Source: Pyrinomonadaceae bacterium
Lineage (GTDB): Bacteria > Acidobacteriota > Blastocatellia > Pyrinomonadales > Pyrinomonadaceae
Length of the DNA stretch: 24,000 nucleotides
Direction: 5' to 3'
NCBI GenBank assembly: GCA_036389315.1
Contig: DASVQF010000014.1
Location: 61,812-85,811, forward strand
Shown here: in pieces, positions 6,815 to 14,030 of the stretch
How the letters are laid out: every line of letters begins with the position of its first letter
Numbering within the stretch: the first letter of the stretch is position 1
Made by a program: the position numbers and the translations under genes
The notes under the pieces: generated by a model
The model's database searches: none
The model's input: the letters and a program-made list of their open reading frames with translations, nothing else
Told to the model about the DNA's origin: nothing

Positions 6815-9715
6815 GTGAGCACAGAGCCTCTCATTTCCTGCATCATGCCGACAGCCAACCGGCGGCAGTACGTGCCGCAGGCGATCAGCTATTTTCTGCG
6901 GCAGGATTATCCGAACAAAGAGCTGGTGATCGTGGACGACGGGCTTGAGAGCGCCGCAGACCTTGTGCCGGACGACGCGCAGGTGCGTTATGTTCGTCTC
7001 AAGGGCAAGCGCACGCTCGGGGCCAAGCGCAACGAGTGCGTCAAGCTCTGCCGGGGCAACCTCATCATGCACTGGGATGATGACGACTGGATGGCCCCGC
7101 ATCGCATCAGCTACCAGGCGGAAGCGATGCTGCGTGAAAGGGCCGAGGTGTGCGGCCTGCGGAGGATGTTGTTCTACGAGATGGGGACGGGCAAGGTCTG
7201 GCTCTACGAATATCCGGCGCACCAGAGGGCCTGGCTGGCGGGCGGCTCGCTGCTCTACACGAAAGATTTCTGGCGGCGCGCGCCCTTCCCCAACATCCAG
7301 GTCGCTTCCGACACTCGCTTCGTCTGGAACCAGCGGCTTGATCGCGCCACTGTGCTTCCCGACCACAATTTCTATGTCGCGATGATTCATCCGGGCAACA
7401 CCAGCCGGAAATCTTGCAGGGGCTCTTACTGGAAACCGTGGAAGGGTGATATAGAGAGCCTGATGGGCCCGGACATGAGCTTCTACCGCTCGCTGTCGAA
7501 GCCGAGCGCACGTAGGAGCAGCGAGCCTGTCGAATTGAAGACGAGCGACAAGGCTTTATCCGTAGAGGGAACGGGAATGTTTGAAAGAGAGATCAGCTAC
7601 AAGACGGAGCCGGGGAAAAGGCACAGTTGCCGAGTCCTTATCAAGAACCCCGTAGAGAGAATCCAGGCCAAATGGAACTCGGGTATCTTTTACGAGACGC
7701 AGCGCCACGGCATGCTGAATGTCGTCTACAGCAAATTCCAGGGAGGCGCCTTTATAGACATCGGCGCGTGCATCGGGAATCACAGCCTCTTCTTCGCTCT
7801 CTGCTGCAATGCCCGAGAGGTGCTGGCCTTCGAGCCCGTGAAAGAGATTTTCGATCACCTGGAAGAGAACCTCAGACTCAACGGCATCCTAAACGTGCGG
7901 GCCAGGAACGTTGCCCTCAGCGATAAGACGGGCGATGCCGGTATGATCTTTTCCACCATCCCTCCCGAGCGCGGCGGGATGATGATTAACAAGGTGAATG
8001 AAGTGGGCACAGGGATCAGGCTCGACACTCTGGATCGCGTGCTGGCAGAGGAGAAGGTCGAGAGCGTGACGTGCATCAAGATAGATGTCGAAGGCTATAA
8101 CCTGCCAGTCCTGCGCGGCGCGCGCCAGACCATAGAGACGCACCACCCGGCCATCTTCTGCGAGTGCGAGACCGAAGAGGCTTTTAAGGAGGTGGACGCC
8201 TTCCTCTCCGAGTTCGGTTACAGGGTATGGGCCGTCGAAGGCAAGCCGTTTGTGATGAACCACACGCCGACCTACCTCTGGGAGCACGTTGAAGAGACGG
8301 ATGTGACGGTGGTGATTACGACCTACAACAGGCCGCAATACCTCGCGCGCCTGCTGCGCAGCCTGATGGCCGATGCCGAAGGCTACACGGTCAACTGCCT
8401 CGTCTACAATGACCGCTCCGAGCTGAGCTACGACGAAATCCCCGAAGGTAACGAGCGGTTCCGTGTCAAGCTCATCAACCTCGCGGAGCATCATGGAAAG
8501 CACGGCTACTGGCGGCTCGTCAACAAAATCTTCCGCGACCTTGAGCAAGTAAAGTCGCGCTACTTCATTCAGCTTCCCGACGACGTGGAGGCCCGGCCAG
8601 GCTTTTTCTCAGAGACCATAGCGACCTATGAAGCGATCAAGAATCCGGACAAGATATGCATGAACCTCTATCTGGATGCGAGCCGCATCGGGAAGAGCAA
8701 CTGGACACGCACCTTGCCGACCATCGAGCGGCACGCCGATAAGCGTGTCTTCAGGACGGGCTGGGTGGACATGTGCTACATCGCCGAGAGACGTTTTTTC
8801 GAGGCGCTACGTTTTACGATAGATCAGGTGCCGTCAAATCGCTGGCAGGGAAATCCCAGGCTCAGCTCCGGCGTCGGGCAACAGATCACACAGCGGCTCG
8901 GCAGATACGGCATGTACCAGGTCAGGGATTGTGCGCTCGCGTCGGCCGGCGTCCCCAGCCTCATGAACCCTGACCGGCCGAAATCGGAAGACCTCTCCAT
9001 CTGCCAGCTCGACCCCCTCATCTGCGGCGTAGCCTCCATCCCCGCGCGCGCGGAAAACTTGCGCCTCGCGGTCAACTCCGTTCTTCCCGGCGTGGACGAG
9101 CTGCACGTTTATCTTAACGGCTACGCCGAGACGCCCGCCTTCCTCGATCACCCCAAAGTGCAGGTCTACAGAAGCCAGGACTTCGGAGACCTGGGCGACG
9201 CCGGAAAGTTCTTCAAGGCCGGAGAGAAGAGAGCTTTTTTCATCACCATAGACGACGACATCATCTACCCTGCGGATTTCGTCTGGAAGCTGGTCAACGA
9301 GCTTCGACAGCACCGCCAGCGAGGCTTGCGCGTGGCCGTCGGCCTGCACGGCAAGATCATGGCCCGCAAGGTCTCTCGCTTCTACAGAGATCACCTAGAG
9401 CACATTCACAGTGCTTTACCCTTGAAGCATTCGCGCGGTGTCCACGTCCTCGGCACGGGCACGGCCGCCTTTCACACAGACGACCTGAAGATCACGATTG
9501 CAGACTTCAACGGTCACGCCAACATGGCCGACATCTATTTCAGCATCGCCTGCCAGAAGCAGAACGTCGGCTGCCTGGTGCTGCCGCACCCGGCCAACTA
9601 CCTGACCATCCAGCGCATACCAGTCCACCAAACCATCTGGGGCAAGTCCCGCGCAGACGATCAACTACAGACGGACGTTTACAATGGGTGGACGGATTGG
9701 AAGATCAGAATATAA
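6815..9715 (+). CDS. Four-domain glycan-assembly fusion: GT2 - FkbM-family methyltransferase - GT2 - GT-A-like glycosyltransferase
   Basis: 966 aa. GTG start at 6815 with GAGGAGA at 6804-6810. Domain 1 (about 6830-7400): ISCIMPTANRRQYVPQAISYFLRQDYPNKELVIVDDG and WDDDDW. Domain 2 (about 7710-8225): FIDIGACIGNHSLFFA ... ALSDKTGDAGM ... KIDVEGYNLPVLRGA. Domain 3 (from about 8327): VTVVITTYNRPQYLARLLRSL ... QLPDDVE. Domain 4 (about 9020-9712): SIPARAENLRLAVNSVLPGVDELHVYLNGY ... GDAGKFF ... ITIDDDIIYPADF. Confidence 0.85.
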   Translation: MSTEPLISCIMPTANRRQYVPQAISYFLRQDYPNKELVIVDDGLESAADLVPDDAQVRYVRLKGKRTLGAKRNECVKLCRGNLIMHWDDDDWMAPHRISYQAEAMLRERAEVCGLRRMLFYEMGTGKVWLYEYPAHQRAWLAGGSLLYTKDFWRRAPFPNIQVASDTRFVWNQRLDRATVLPDHNFYVAMIHPGNTSRKSCRGSYWKPWKGDIESLMGPDMSFYRSLSKPSARRSSEPVELKTSDKALSVEGTGMFEREISYKTEPGKRHSCRVLIKNPVERIQAKWNSGIFYETQRHGMLNVVYSKFQGGAFIDIGACIGNHSLFFALCCNAREVLAFEPVKEIFDHLEENLRLNGILNVRARNVALSDKTGDAGMIFSTIPPERGGMMINKVNEVGTGIRLDTLDRVLAEEKVESVTCIKIDVEGYNLPVLRGARQTIETHHPAIFCECETEEAFKEVDAFLSEFGYRVWAVEGKPFVMNHTPTYLWEHVEETDVTVVITTYNRPQYLARLLRSLMADAEGYTVNCLVYNDRSELSYDEIPEGNERFRVKLINLAEHHGKHGYWRLVNKIFRDLEQVKSRYFIQLPDDVEARPGFFSETIATYEAIKNPDKICMNLYLDASRIGKSNWTRTLPTIERHADKRVFRTGWVDMCYIAERRFFEALRFTIDQVPSNRWQGNPRLSSGVGQQITQRLGRYGMYQVRDCALASAGVPSLMNPDRPKSEDLSICQLDPLICGVASIPARAENLRLAVNSVLPGVDELHVYLNGYAETPAFLDHPKVQVYRSQDFGDLGDAGKFFKAGEKRAFFITIDDDIIYPADFVWKLVNELRQHRQRGLRVAVGLHGKIMARKVSRFYRDHLEHIHSALPLKHSRGVHVLGTGTAAFHTDDLKITIADFNGHANMADIYFSIACQKQNVGCLVLPHPANYLTIQRIPVHQTIWGKSRADDQLQTDVYNGWTDWKIRI

Positions 9716-9742
9716 GGCGGAGGACTGAAGCTTGATAGTAAG

Positions 9743-9777
9743 ATAGCCGGGAGAGGCTTATTGCCACTTCCGGCTAT
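9743..9777. terminator. Imperfect GC hairpin between the convergent glycosyltransferase gene and tRNA-Gln (possible bidirectional terminator)
   Basis: ATAGCCGG (9743-9750) pairs with CCGGCTAT (9770-9777). The stem extends inward with two mismatches around a TTATT loop. There is no clear U-tract on either strand, so the call is weak. Confidence 0.3.
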
Positions 9778-9785
9778 TGAGAAGG

Positions 9786-9856
9786 CTCGGGGACAGGGAT
9801 TCGAACCCCAATTCTCTGATCCAGAGTCAGATGTCCTACCATTAGACGATCCCCGA
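9786..9856 (-). tRNA. tRNA-Gln (anticodon CUG)
   Basis: The minus-strand read folds as a cloverleaf: TCGGGGA TC GTCT AATGGTA GGAC A TCTGA CTCTGGA TCAGA GAAT TGGGG TTCGAAT CCCTG TCCCCGA G. The acceptor stem is 7 bp. U33 is present and the anticodon CTG is the complement of nt 9822-9824. The T-loop is TTCGAAT. U1-A72 and discriminator G fit Gln identity. CCA is not encoded. Confidence 0.9.
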
Positions 9857-9870
9857 ACGTGTATGGAAAG

Positions 9871-9900
9871 AAATTACCGTGCGGGCTGAGCGGTTGTCAA
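9871..9900 (-). promoter_or_regulatory. Sigma70-like promoter for tRNA-Gln
   Basis: On the minus strand, TTGACA (complement of 9895-9900) is followed by an 18-nt spacer and TAATTT (complement of 9871-9876). The -10 element ends 14 nt before the mature tRNA 5' end. Confidence 0.5.
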
Positions 9901-10112
9901 CCGGCTCGGCGCAGTGAAACTCCTTGCTCTCTTCCGAGAAATTACAGGCCGACGGGTCGGCGTAATTTTAGGCTTGCTCATCCGGCGCATTCGACGCACA
10001 ATGTCGGGCAAGGGTCGTCACGCGCAAGTGGCCGGGAGCGGTCTCGCCACCTCACCGGCACGCTCTTCAAAAGCCAGTCGCGCTTACTTTCGATAAAAAG
10101 GATTGTGAGTAG

Positions 10113-10454
10113 ATGGGTATGGACAAAGTGCGCGCAGAGAGCAGTGACCCGGCGCAAGGGTTGCGCGCTCTCGTCAGAGAGCTGGAATCCAAGCTGAGCG
10201 AAACGGCCGACCTGGTCGCGCACGTGCGACACGAGATCAATAATCCCCTGACAGGCGTCATCGGCCAGGCGCAGTTGCTCTTGCGCGAGGAGTTGAGTCC
10301 GGCCGCCCGCCGTAGAGTCGAGACCATCGAACAACTGGCCGGACGCATTCGCGACACCGTGGCCCAACTGCGCGACGTGCAGCGCCCGCAAGCCAAAGAG
10401 CTACCCGTTCAGACGAGCGAGGAAAAAGAGACAGACTCTCCGCCGCGCCACTAA
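10113..10454 (+). CDS. Stand-alone histidine-kinase DHp (HisKA) domain protein with no catalytic ATP-binding domain
   Basis: 113 aa. AAGGA lies 10 nt upstream of the ATG. A coiled-coil lead-in is followed by the H-box AHVRHEINNPLTGVIGQAQLLL and a second DHp helix, SPAARRRVETIEQLAGRIRDTVAQLRDV. The protein ends in a low-complexity tail. The next gene is convergent, so no HATPase_c domain can follow. Confidence 0.7.
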   Translation: MGMDKVRAESSDPAQGLRALVRELESKLSETADLVAHVRHEINNPLTGVIGQAQLLLREELSPAARRRVETIEQLAGRIRDTVAQLRDVQRPQAKELPVQTSEEKETDSPPRH

Positions 10455-10490
10455 AGCGGGCGAGGGCCGCCGCGCGTGGGCCGAAAGCCT

Positions 10491-11489
10491 TCAGAAGGCA
10501 TCTTCGGGCTTTGCGCTGCTCGAAGCGGAGCGCGCAGTGATCTGCACGGGGCGCGTGGGCGCGGGCGCTTCCCTTCTGGCGGGAGCAAACCGCGCCTTCA
10601 GTATCTCTTTCAGCATCAGCCGCCGGTTACTCAAAGTGGCCATGTGAAATGGAACGACGCAGCCGCAACGGTCGCAGTCGGCGTTGTCGCCCATCATGCA
10701 CTTGCCCTTATGCTCGCCCGTGGGCCCAAGCGTGAAGGCTTTCAAGCGAAACTCGCAATTGTCCGTCACGCGCCGCGCATTCGTTGACCTCATCAGCTCA
10801 AGCGTCGAGTCCATCATGTTGATCGTGCCCGGGTATTTTCGCTTGAGCGCGAGAATCTGATCTATCAGCGCATCGCGCGTGGGCCAGTCGAGCCAGAGCG
10901 CCTCGTCCAGGTTCGTGACAGGCGTGAAGAAGTCGAAGATGATGCCGCCGCGCGCAATCGGGCCCCACTCCTCGACCAGCTCTTCGATGCAATCCTTGGT
11001 GATCGTCGTCAGCACGCAGGAGATTTGTATCTTCAGCTCCGGGTGCCTCATCACGTTCTCCTTGATCTTCTGGTAGATGCCCGGCGCGCGCATCCGTGCG
11101 AAAGCCTCTTCCGTGCCGTCTATCGAGATGACGTAGTTGCAATCCGTCCAGGGGGGCAGCTCCATCGTGCCGTTGGTGACGATGGTGTTATGCCGGAAAT
11201 ATTTGCGGCCGACTTCGATCAGGTTGCGGCGCACAAGGGGCTCGCCTCCGACCCAGGTGCAAAGCAGCATGGGGTGGCCTGCGGCCTTCATCTCTTCGAG
11301 CTTCGCGACCCACCCTTCGACGGACAGCTCCTTCTCGCCCTTGTGGTCTTCGGCGAAGAAATAGCAGTGCTCGCAGCGCAGGTTGCAGCGGTTCGTGACA
11401 TCAATCGAGCCGACGGCGTACTTTGGCAAGCCCGTCAGAAAGAGGCGCGCGTTCTGCGCTAAGCGGCTAATTCTCCCGGAGAGATTCAT
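10491..11489 (-). CDS. Radical SAM protein (small, with C-terminal extra Cys cluster, SPASM/twitch-like)
   Basis: 332 aa. The ATG is preceded by AAGGA. The CxxxCxxC motif is in VTNRCNLRCEHCYF (C35/C39/C42; nt 11364-11387). GGEP and TNG core motifs are present. C-terminal cysteines occur in KCMMGDNADCDRCGCVVPFH. Confidence 0.85.
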   Translation of the reverse strand: MNLSGRISRLAQNARLFLTGLPKYAVGSIDVTNRCNLRCEHCYFFAEDHKGEKELSVEGWVAKLEEMKAAGHPMLLCTWVGGEPLVRRNLIEVGRKYFRHNTIVTNGTMELPPWTDCNYVISIDGTEEAFARMRAPGIYQKIKENVMRHPELKIQISCVLTTITKDCIEELVEEWGPIARGGIIFDFFTPVTNLDEALWLDWPTRDALIDQILALKRKYPGTINMMDSTLELMRSTNARRVTDNCEFRLKAFTLGPTGEHKGKCMMGDNADCDRCGCVVPFHMATLSNRRLMLKEILKARFAPARREAPAPTRPVQITARSASSSAKPEDAF

Positions 11490-11496
11490 CTCTTAT

Positions 11497-11523
11497 CCTT
11501 AAATCCCTTAAATCCCTTAAATC
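11497..11523. repeat. Three perfect tandem copies of a 9-bp unit (CCTTAAATC on +; GATTTAAGG on -) directly upstream of the 332-aa radical SAM gene
   Basis: Read directly: CCTTAAATC at 11497-11505, 11506-11514 and 11515-11523. On the minus strand the last copy supplies the AAGGA Shine-Dalgarno sequence 8 nt before the ATG at 11489. Confidence 0.9.
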
Positions 11524-11656
11524 AAAGCGACGAGCGCGGCAAGGCAGCAAGGTCAGTACAGCATAAATTAAGAGCGCCAGTCCTGAGCTACAAGTGGGCC
11601 GACGCTCTTCAACCGTTCTTCGGACTCGAATCGGACTGACACGCGGAAGAGCGGCT

Positions 11657-13627
11657 TCACACGGTCGCTTCCTCTTCTTCCGCGATCAGGTAAGGCGTCA
11701 CGGATTCGGGCCTCTCCCGGTCTTCGGCCAGAATCGCGTTGACGACAGGCAGGCTCAAGCTATGCTTTGTCGTCTTCAAGGGCACGTTCTTGCCCCTGGC
11801 GTAGACCGGATGACGACCATGCTCTTCATACCATTGGGCCAATCCGGCGGTCTTGTGCATGTTCTCGATGATCTGCCGCCAGCCCACGCCCGTGTTGTAA
11901 GCGCAGAAGGAGATTTCTCCCTCCTGCGTGCCGTACGGGATGACGCACATCTCCGTGCGGCGAAAATCGTAGTTGAAGAGGTCTTGGAACCACATGCCCT
12001 CGACACAGAGCACGCGCCAGATGTCTGCGGGGTCATCCGATGCCCCTTGTGTCTTCATCCGGTCGTTGCGGTCGGAATTAGAGTTGGTCGAAGAGGGCTT
12101 GAAGAGGTTGATGATCTGCGAGATGGGAAAGCCTTCGGGCGCTCGCTCGGCGTCGAAGTTTCGCATGATCGCCATCGCCAATTGCGCGTAAGAGAGCTTA
12201 CGACCGCGCGCCGTGTCTGTTATCACGGCCACGTCCCGCATGAACTGCTCGTAGTTGAAGAACTCGAAGAGCGAGTTGAACTCGCCCGTGCGCCGGTTGA
12301 CGACCAGCAGCGTGAAGATGCCGCAGTTCGGATGACAGTTACAGGACGACCACCCCCACGGCGCGTCCGCTCCCTGTAGCATGTCCATCACGGAAGTAAA
12401 GGCCGAGTAGGAGGAGAGCGGGAACCAATCGCGCAAAGCCTGCATGCGCCCCGAGAGTTGATCTTCGAGGTCATGGGCCATCCCGGCGAGCGTATAGCGC
12501 TGCTTGACGCGCACAGAGTCGGGCACGTCCTCGTCGCGGCCCGTGAAGGAGACGGGCTGGAAGGCTATGGTCTGAATCTTGTCAATGTTTTTGGCGGCGA
12601 ACTCGACGATCTGGCCGATGGCGTCGTTATTGATCGTGTTGACGATGGTGGTGACGAGCGTGACCTTGATGCCGACCGAGGCCAGGTTCTCAATCGCTCG
12701 CAGCTTAACGTCGAACAGGTTGCCGACGCCACGGTGCTTGTTCTTCTCTTCCGACACGCCGTCGAATTGCAGGTAGACGCCGTGCTGCCCGGCCTCCTTG
12801 GCGGCCTTGCAGAACTCTATGTCCTCGGCGAAGCGTATGCCGTTGGTGGCCGCAAGGATGCGGTAGAAGCCGATCTTCTTGGCGTAGGCGACCGCTTCCA
12901 GATAGTAGGGCGAAAGCGTTGGCTCGCCGCCTGAGAAGAGGATGATGATCTGGCGGCGCGGCTTGAACGAGACGGCGCGATCAAGAATAGCCTTCGTGTC
13001 CTCAAACGTGGGCTCGTGCACGTAGCCGACCTGGTTGGCGTCCATGAAGCACGGATTGCACATCATGTTGCAGCGATTGGTCAGGTCAACCGTCAGCACT
13101 GCGCCGCGTCCGAACTGTATATTGCTCGTCCCGTGCCGGTGCACCGCCGAGTCTTCGGCCGTGCGAAAGTCGCGTCCGAAGAAGAGCGACTCGATGCGTT
13201 CAAGAAAGCGTGGGTCGGTGGCCATCACGTCCGTGAACTCGCCGTGCTTGGGACAGGTCTTGCGCATGATGACGCGGCCGTCTTCTTCGAGAATCTGCGC
13301 CTTGATCTCGCCCGGATGCTGGTGCATCAGGGTCTCAAGCGGGGTCTGCCCCGTTATCACCGCGTCGCGCACCTCTTTGACGCAGCGCGGGCACAAAGAG
13401 TCCGTCTCGCGCGGGAAGCCCAGGGGCGGAGCCGTGCGCTCGTAGGATTTCAGGAGCGGGCCCGGAGCCCACTGCGGCCGTATGGCCTCGCCTTCCGGCA
13501 GACGCTTGTTGACGGACTGAAAAGCCTTCCACGCCACGTCCGACAGGTTCGAGAGCAGTTTGGAGCTTTTCACCCCACTGAACTTACCCTTTTCAGATTC
13601 GCCTCTGCGGAATTGGTCGCTAAACAA
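11657..13627 (-). CDS. Large radical SAM protein, COG1964 / tetraether-lipid-synthase (Tes, GDGT-MAS)-like candidate
   Basis: 656 aa. TTG start at 13627 with AAGGAG 9 nt upstream. An N-terminal metal knuckle is formed by CPRC (C79/C82) and CPKH (C125/H128). The radical SAM motif is in TNRCNMMCNPCF (C186/C190/C193; nt 13049-13072). SGGEPT and TNG motifs are present. Further Cys clusters are CNCHPNC and MCVIPYGTQEGEISFCAYNTG. Radical SAM is secure; the Tes-like subfamily is recognition by eye only. Confidence 0.85.
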   Translation of the reverse strand: MFSDQFRRGESEKGKFSGVKSSKLLSNLSDVAWKAFQSVNKRLPEGEAIRPQWAPGPLLKSYERTAPPLGFPRETDSLCPRCVKEVRDAVITGQTPLETLMHQHPGEIKAQILEEDGRVIMRKTCPKHGEFTDVMATDPRFLERIESLFFGRDFRTAEDSAVHRHGTSNIQFGRGAVLTVDLTNRCNMMCNPCFMDANQVGYVHEPTFEDTKAILDRAVSFKPRRQIIILFSGGEPTLSPYYLEAVAYAKKIGFYRILAATNGIRFAEDIEFCKAAKEAGQHGVYLQFDGVSEEKNKHRGVGNLFDVKLRAIENLASVGIKVTLVTTIVNTINNDAIGQIVEFAAKNIDKIQTIAFQPVSFTGRDEDVPDSVRVKQRYTLAGMAHDLEDQLSGRMQALRDWFPLSSYSAFTSVMDMLQGADAPWGWSSCNCHPNCGIFTLLVVNRRTGEFNSLFEFFNYEQFMRDVAVITDTARGRKLSYAQLAMAIMRNFDAERAPEGFPISQIINLFKPSSTNSNSDRNDRMKTQGASDDPADIWRVLCVEGMWFQDLFNYDFRRTEMCVIPYGTQEGEISFCAYNTGVGWRQIIENMHKTAGLAQWYEEHGRHPVYARGKNVPLKTTKHSLSLPVVNAILAEDRERPESVTPYLIAEEEEATV

Positions 13628-13969
13628 ATTTTGGTTCTCCTTGGTGGGCCCACTCGCCTTCGCGGCCAGGCGGCCCCGGTCTCCAACAACGAAGGATAGC
13701 TATAATTACTGTATTAACCGCACGCTCGCCTCGCGCGCACACTACTACGCGTAAAGCTTTGCAGCGTGACATGATAGTGTCGTTCAGGGGTAAAGGCAAG
13801 CGGACAATTGCAGAAAAATCGCGGGCCTTGGGCCACATCGTTGAGCCCCGGTCACTTAGGCTGCTTGCGCCGGGCCCCTGACGGCGCTCGGGAGGCTGTT
13901 TCCCGGCCATATTCTCCGGATATGACGGCCCGAGGCCGCTGGCCGAAAGCCGCAGCAGGGCGCGTCCGG

Positions 13970-13999
13970 TTGCGGCGCGCTCCGCGAAGCATGTACTAT
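13970..13999 (+). promoter_or_regulatory. Weak candidate sigma70-like promoter for lpxA-lpxD
   Basis: TTGCGG (13970-13975), an 18-nt spacer, then TACTAT (13994-13999), 31 nt before the lpxA ATG. Only a partial consensus match. Confidence 0.2.
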
Positions 14000-14030
14000 C
14001 CGAGCCGCGTTTTGCCGTCGGTTCCGTCTT

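Noticed and set aside
9716-10112. Integrase, att site or mobile element next to tRNA-Gln; ORFs 9859-10197 and 9914-10096
   Set aside because: No integrase-like or transposase-like translation appears in any frame. The listed ORFs overlap the tRNA promoter and have Arg/Ser-rich junk translations. I found no repeat of the tRNA 3' end within the window.
11497-11523. Could the tandem repeat be a CRISPR array or a minisatellite?
   Set aside because: The units are only 9 bp, contiguous, without spacers, in three copies. This is not CRISPR. It is kept as a small regulatory-region repeat.
11594-13699. Plus-strand ORFs 11594-12379 and 13016-13699, antisense to the 656-aa radical SAM gene
   Set aside because: They have no motifs and low-complexity Arg/Val/Asp-rich translations. 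The minus-strand frame contains CxxxCxxC and a good RBS.
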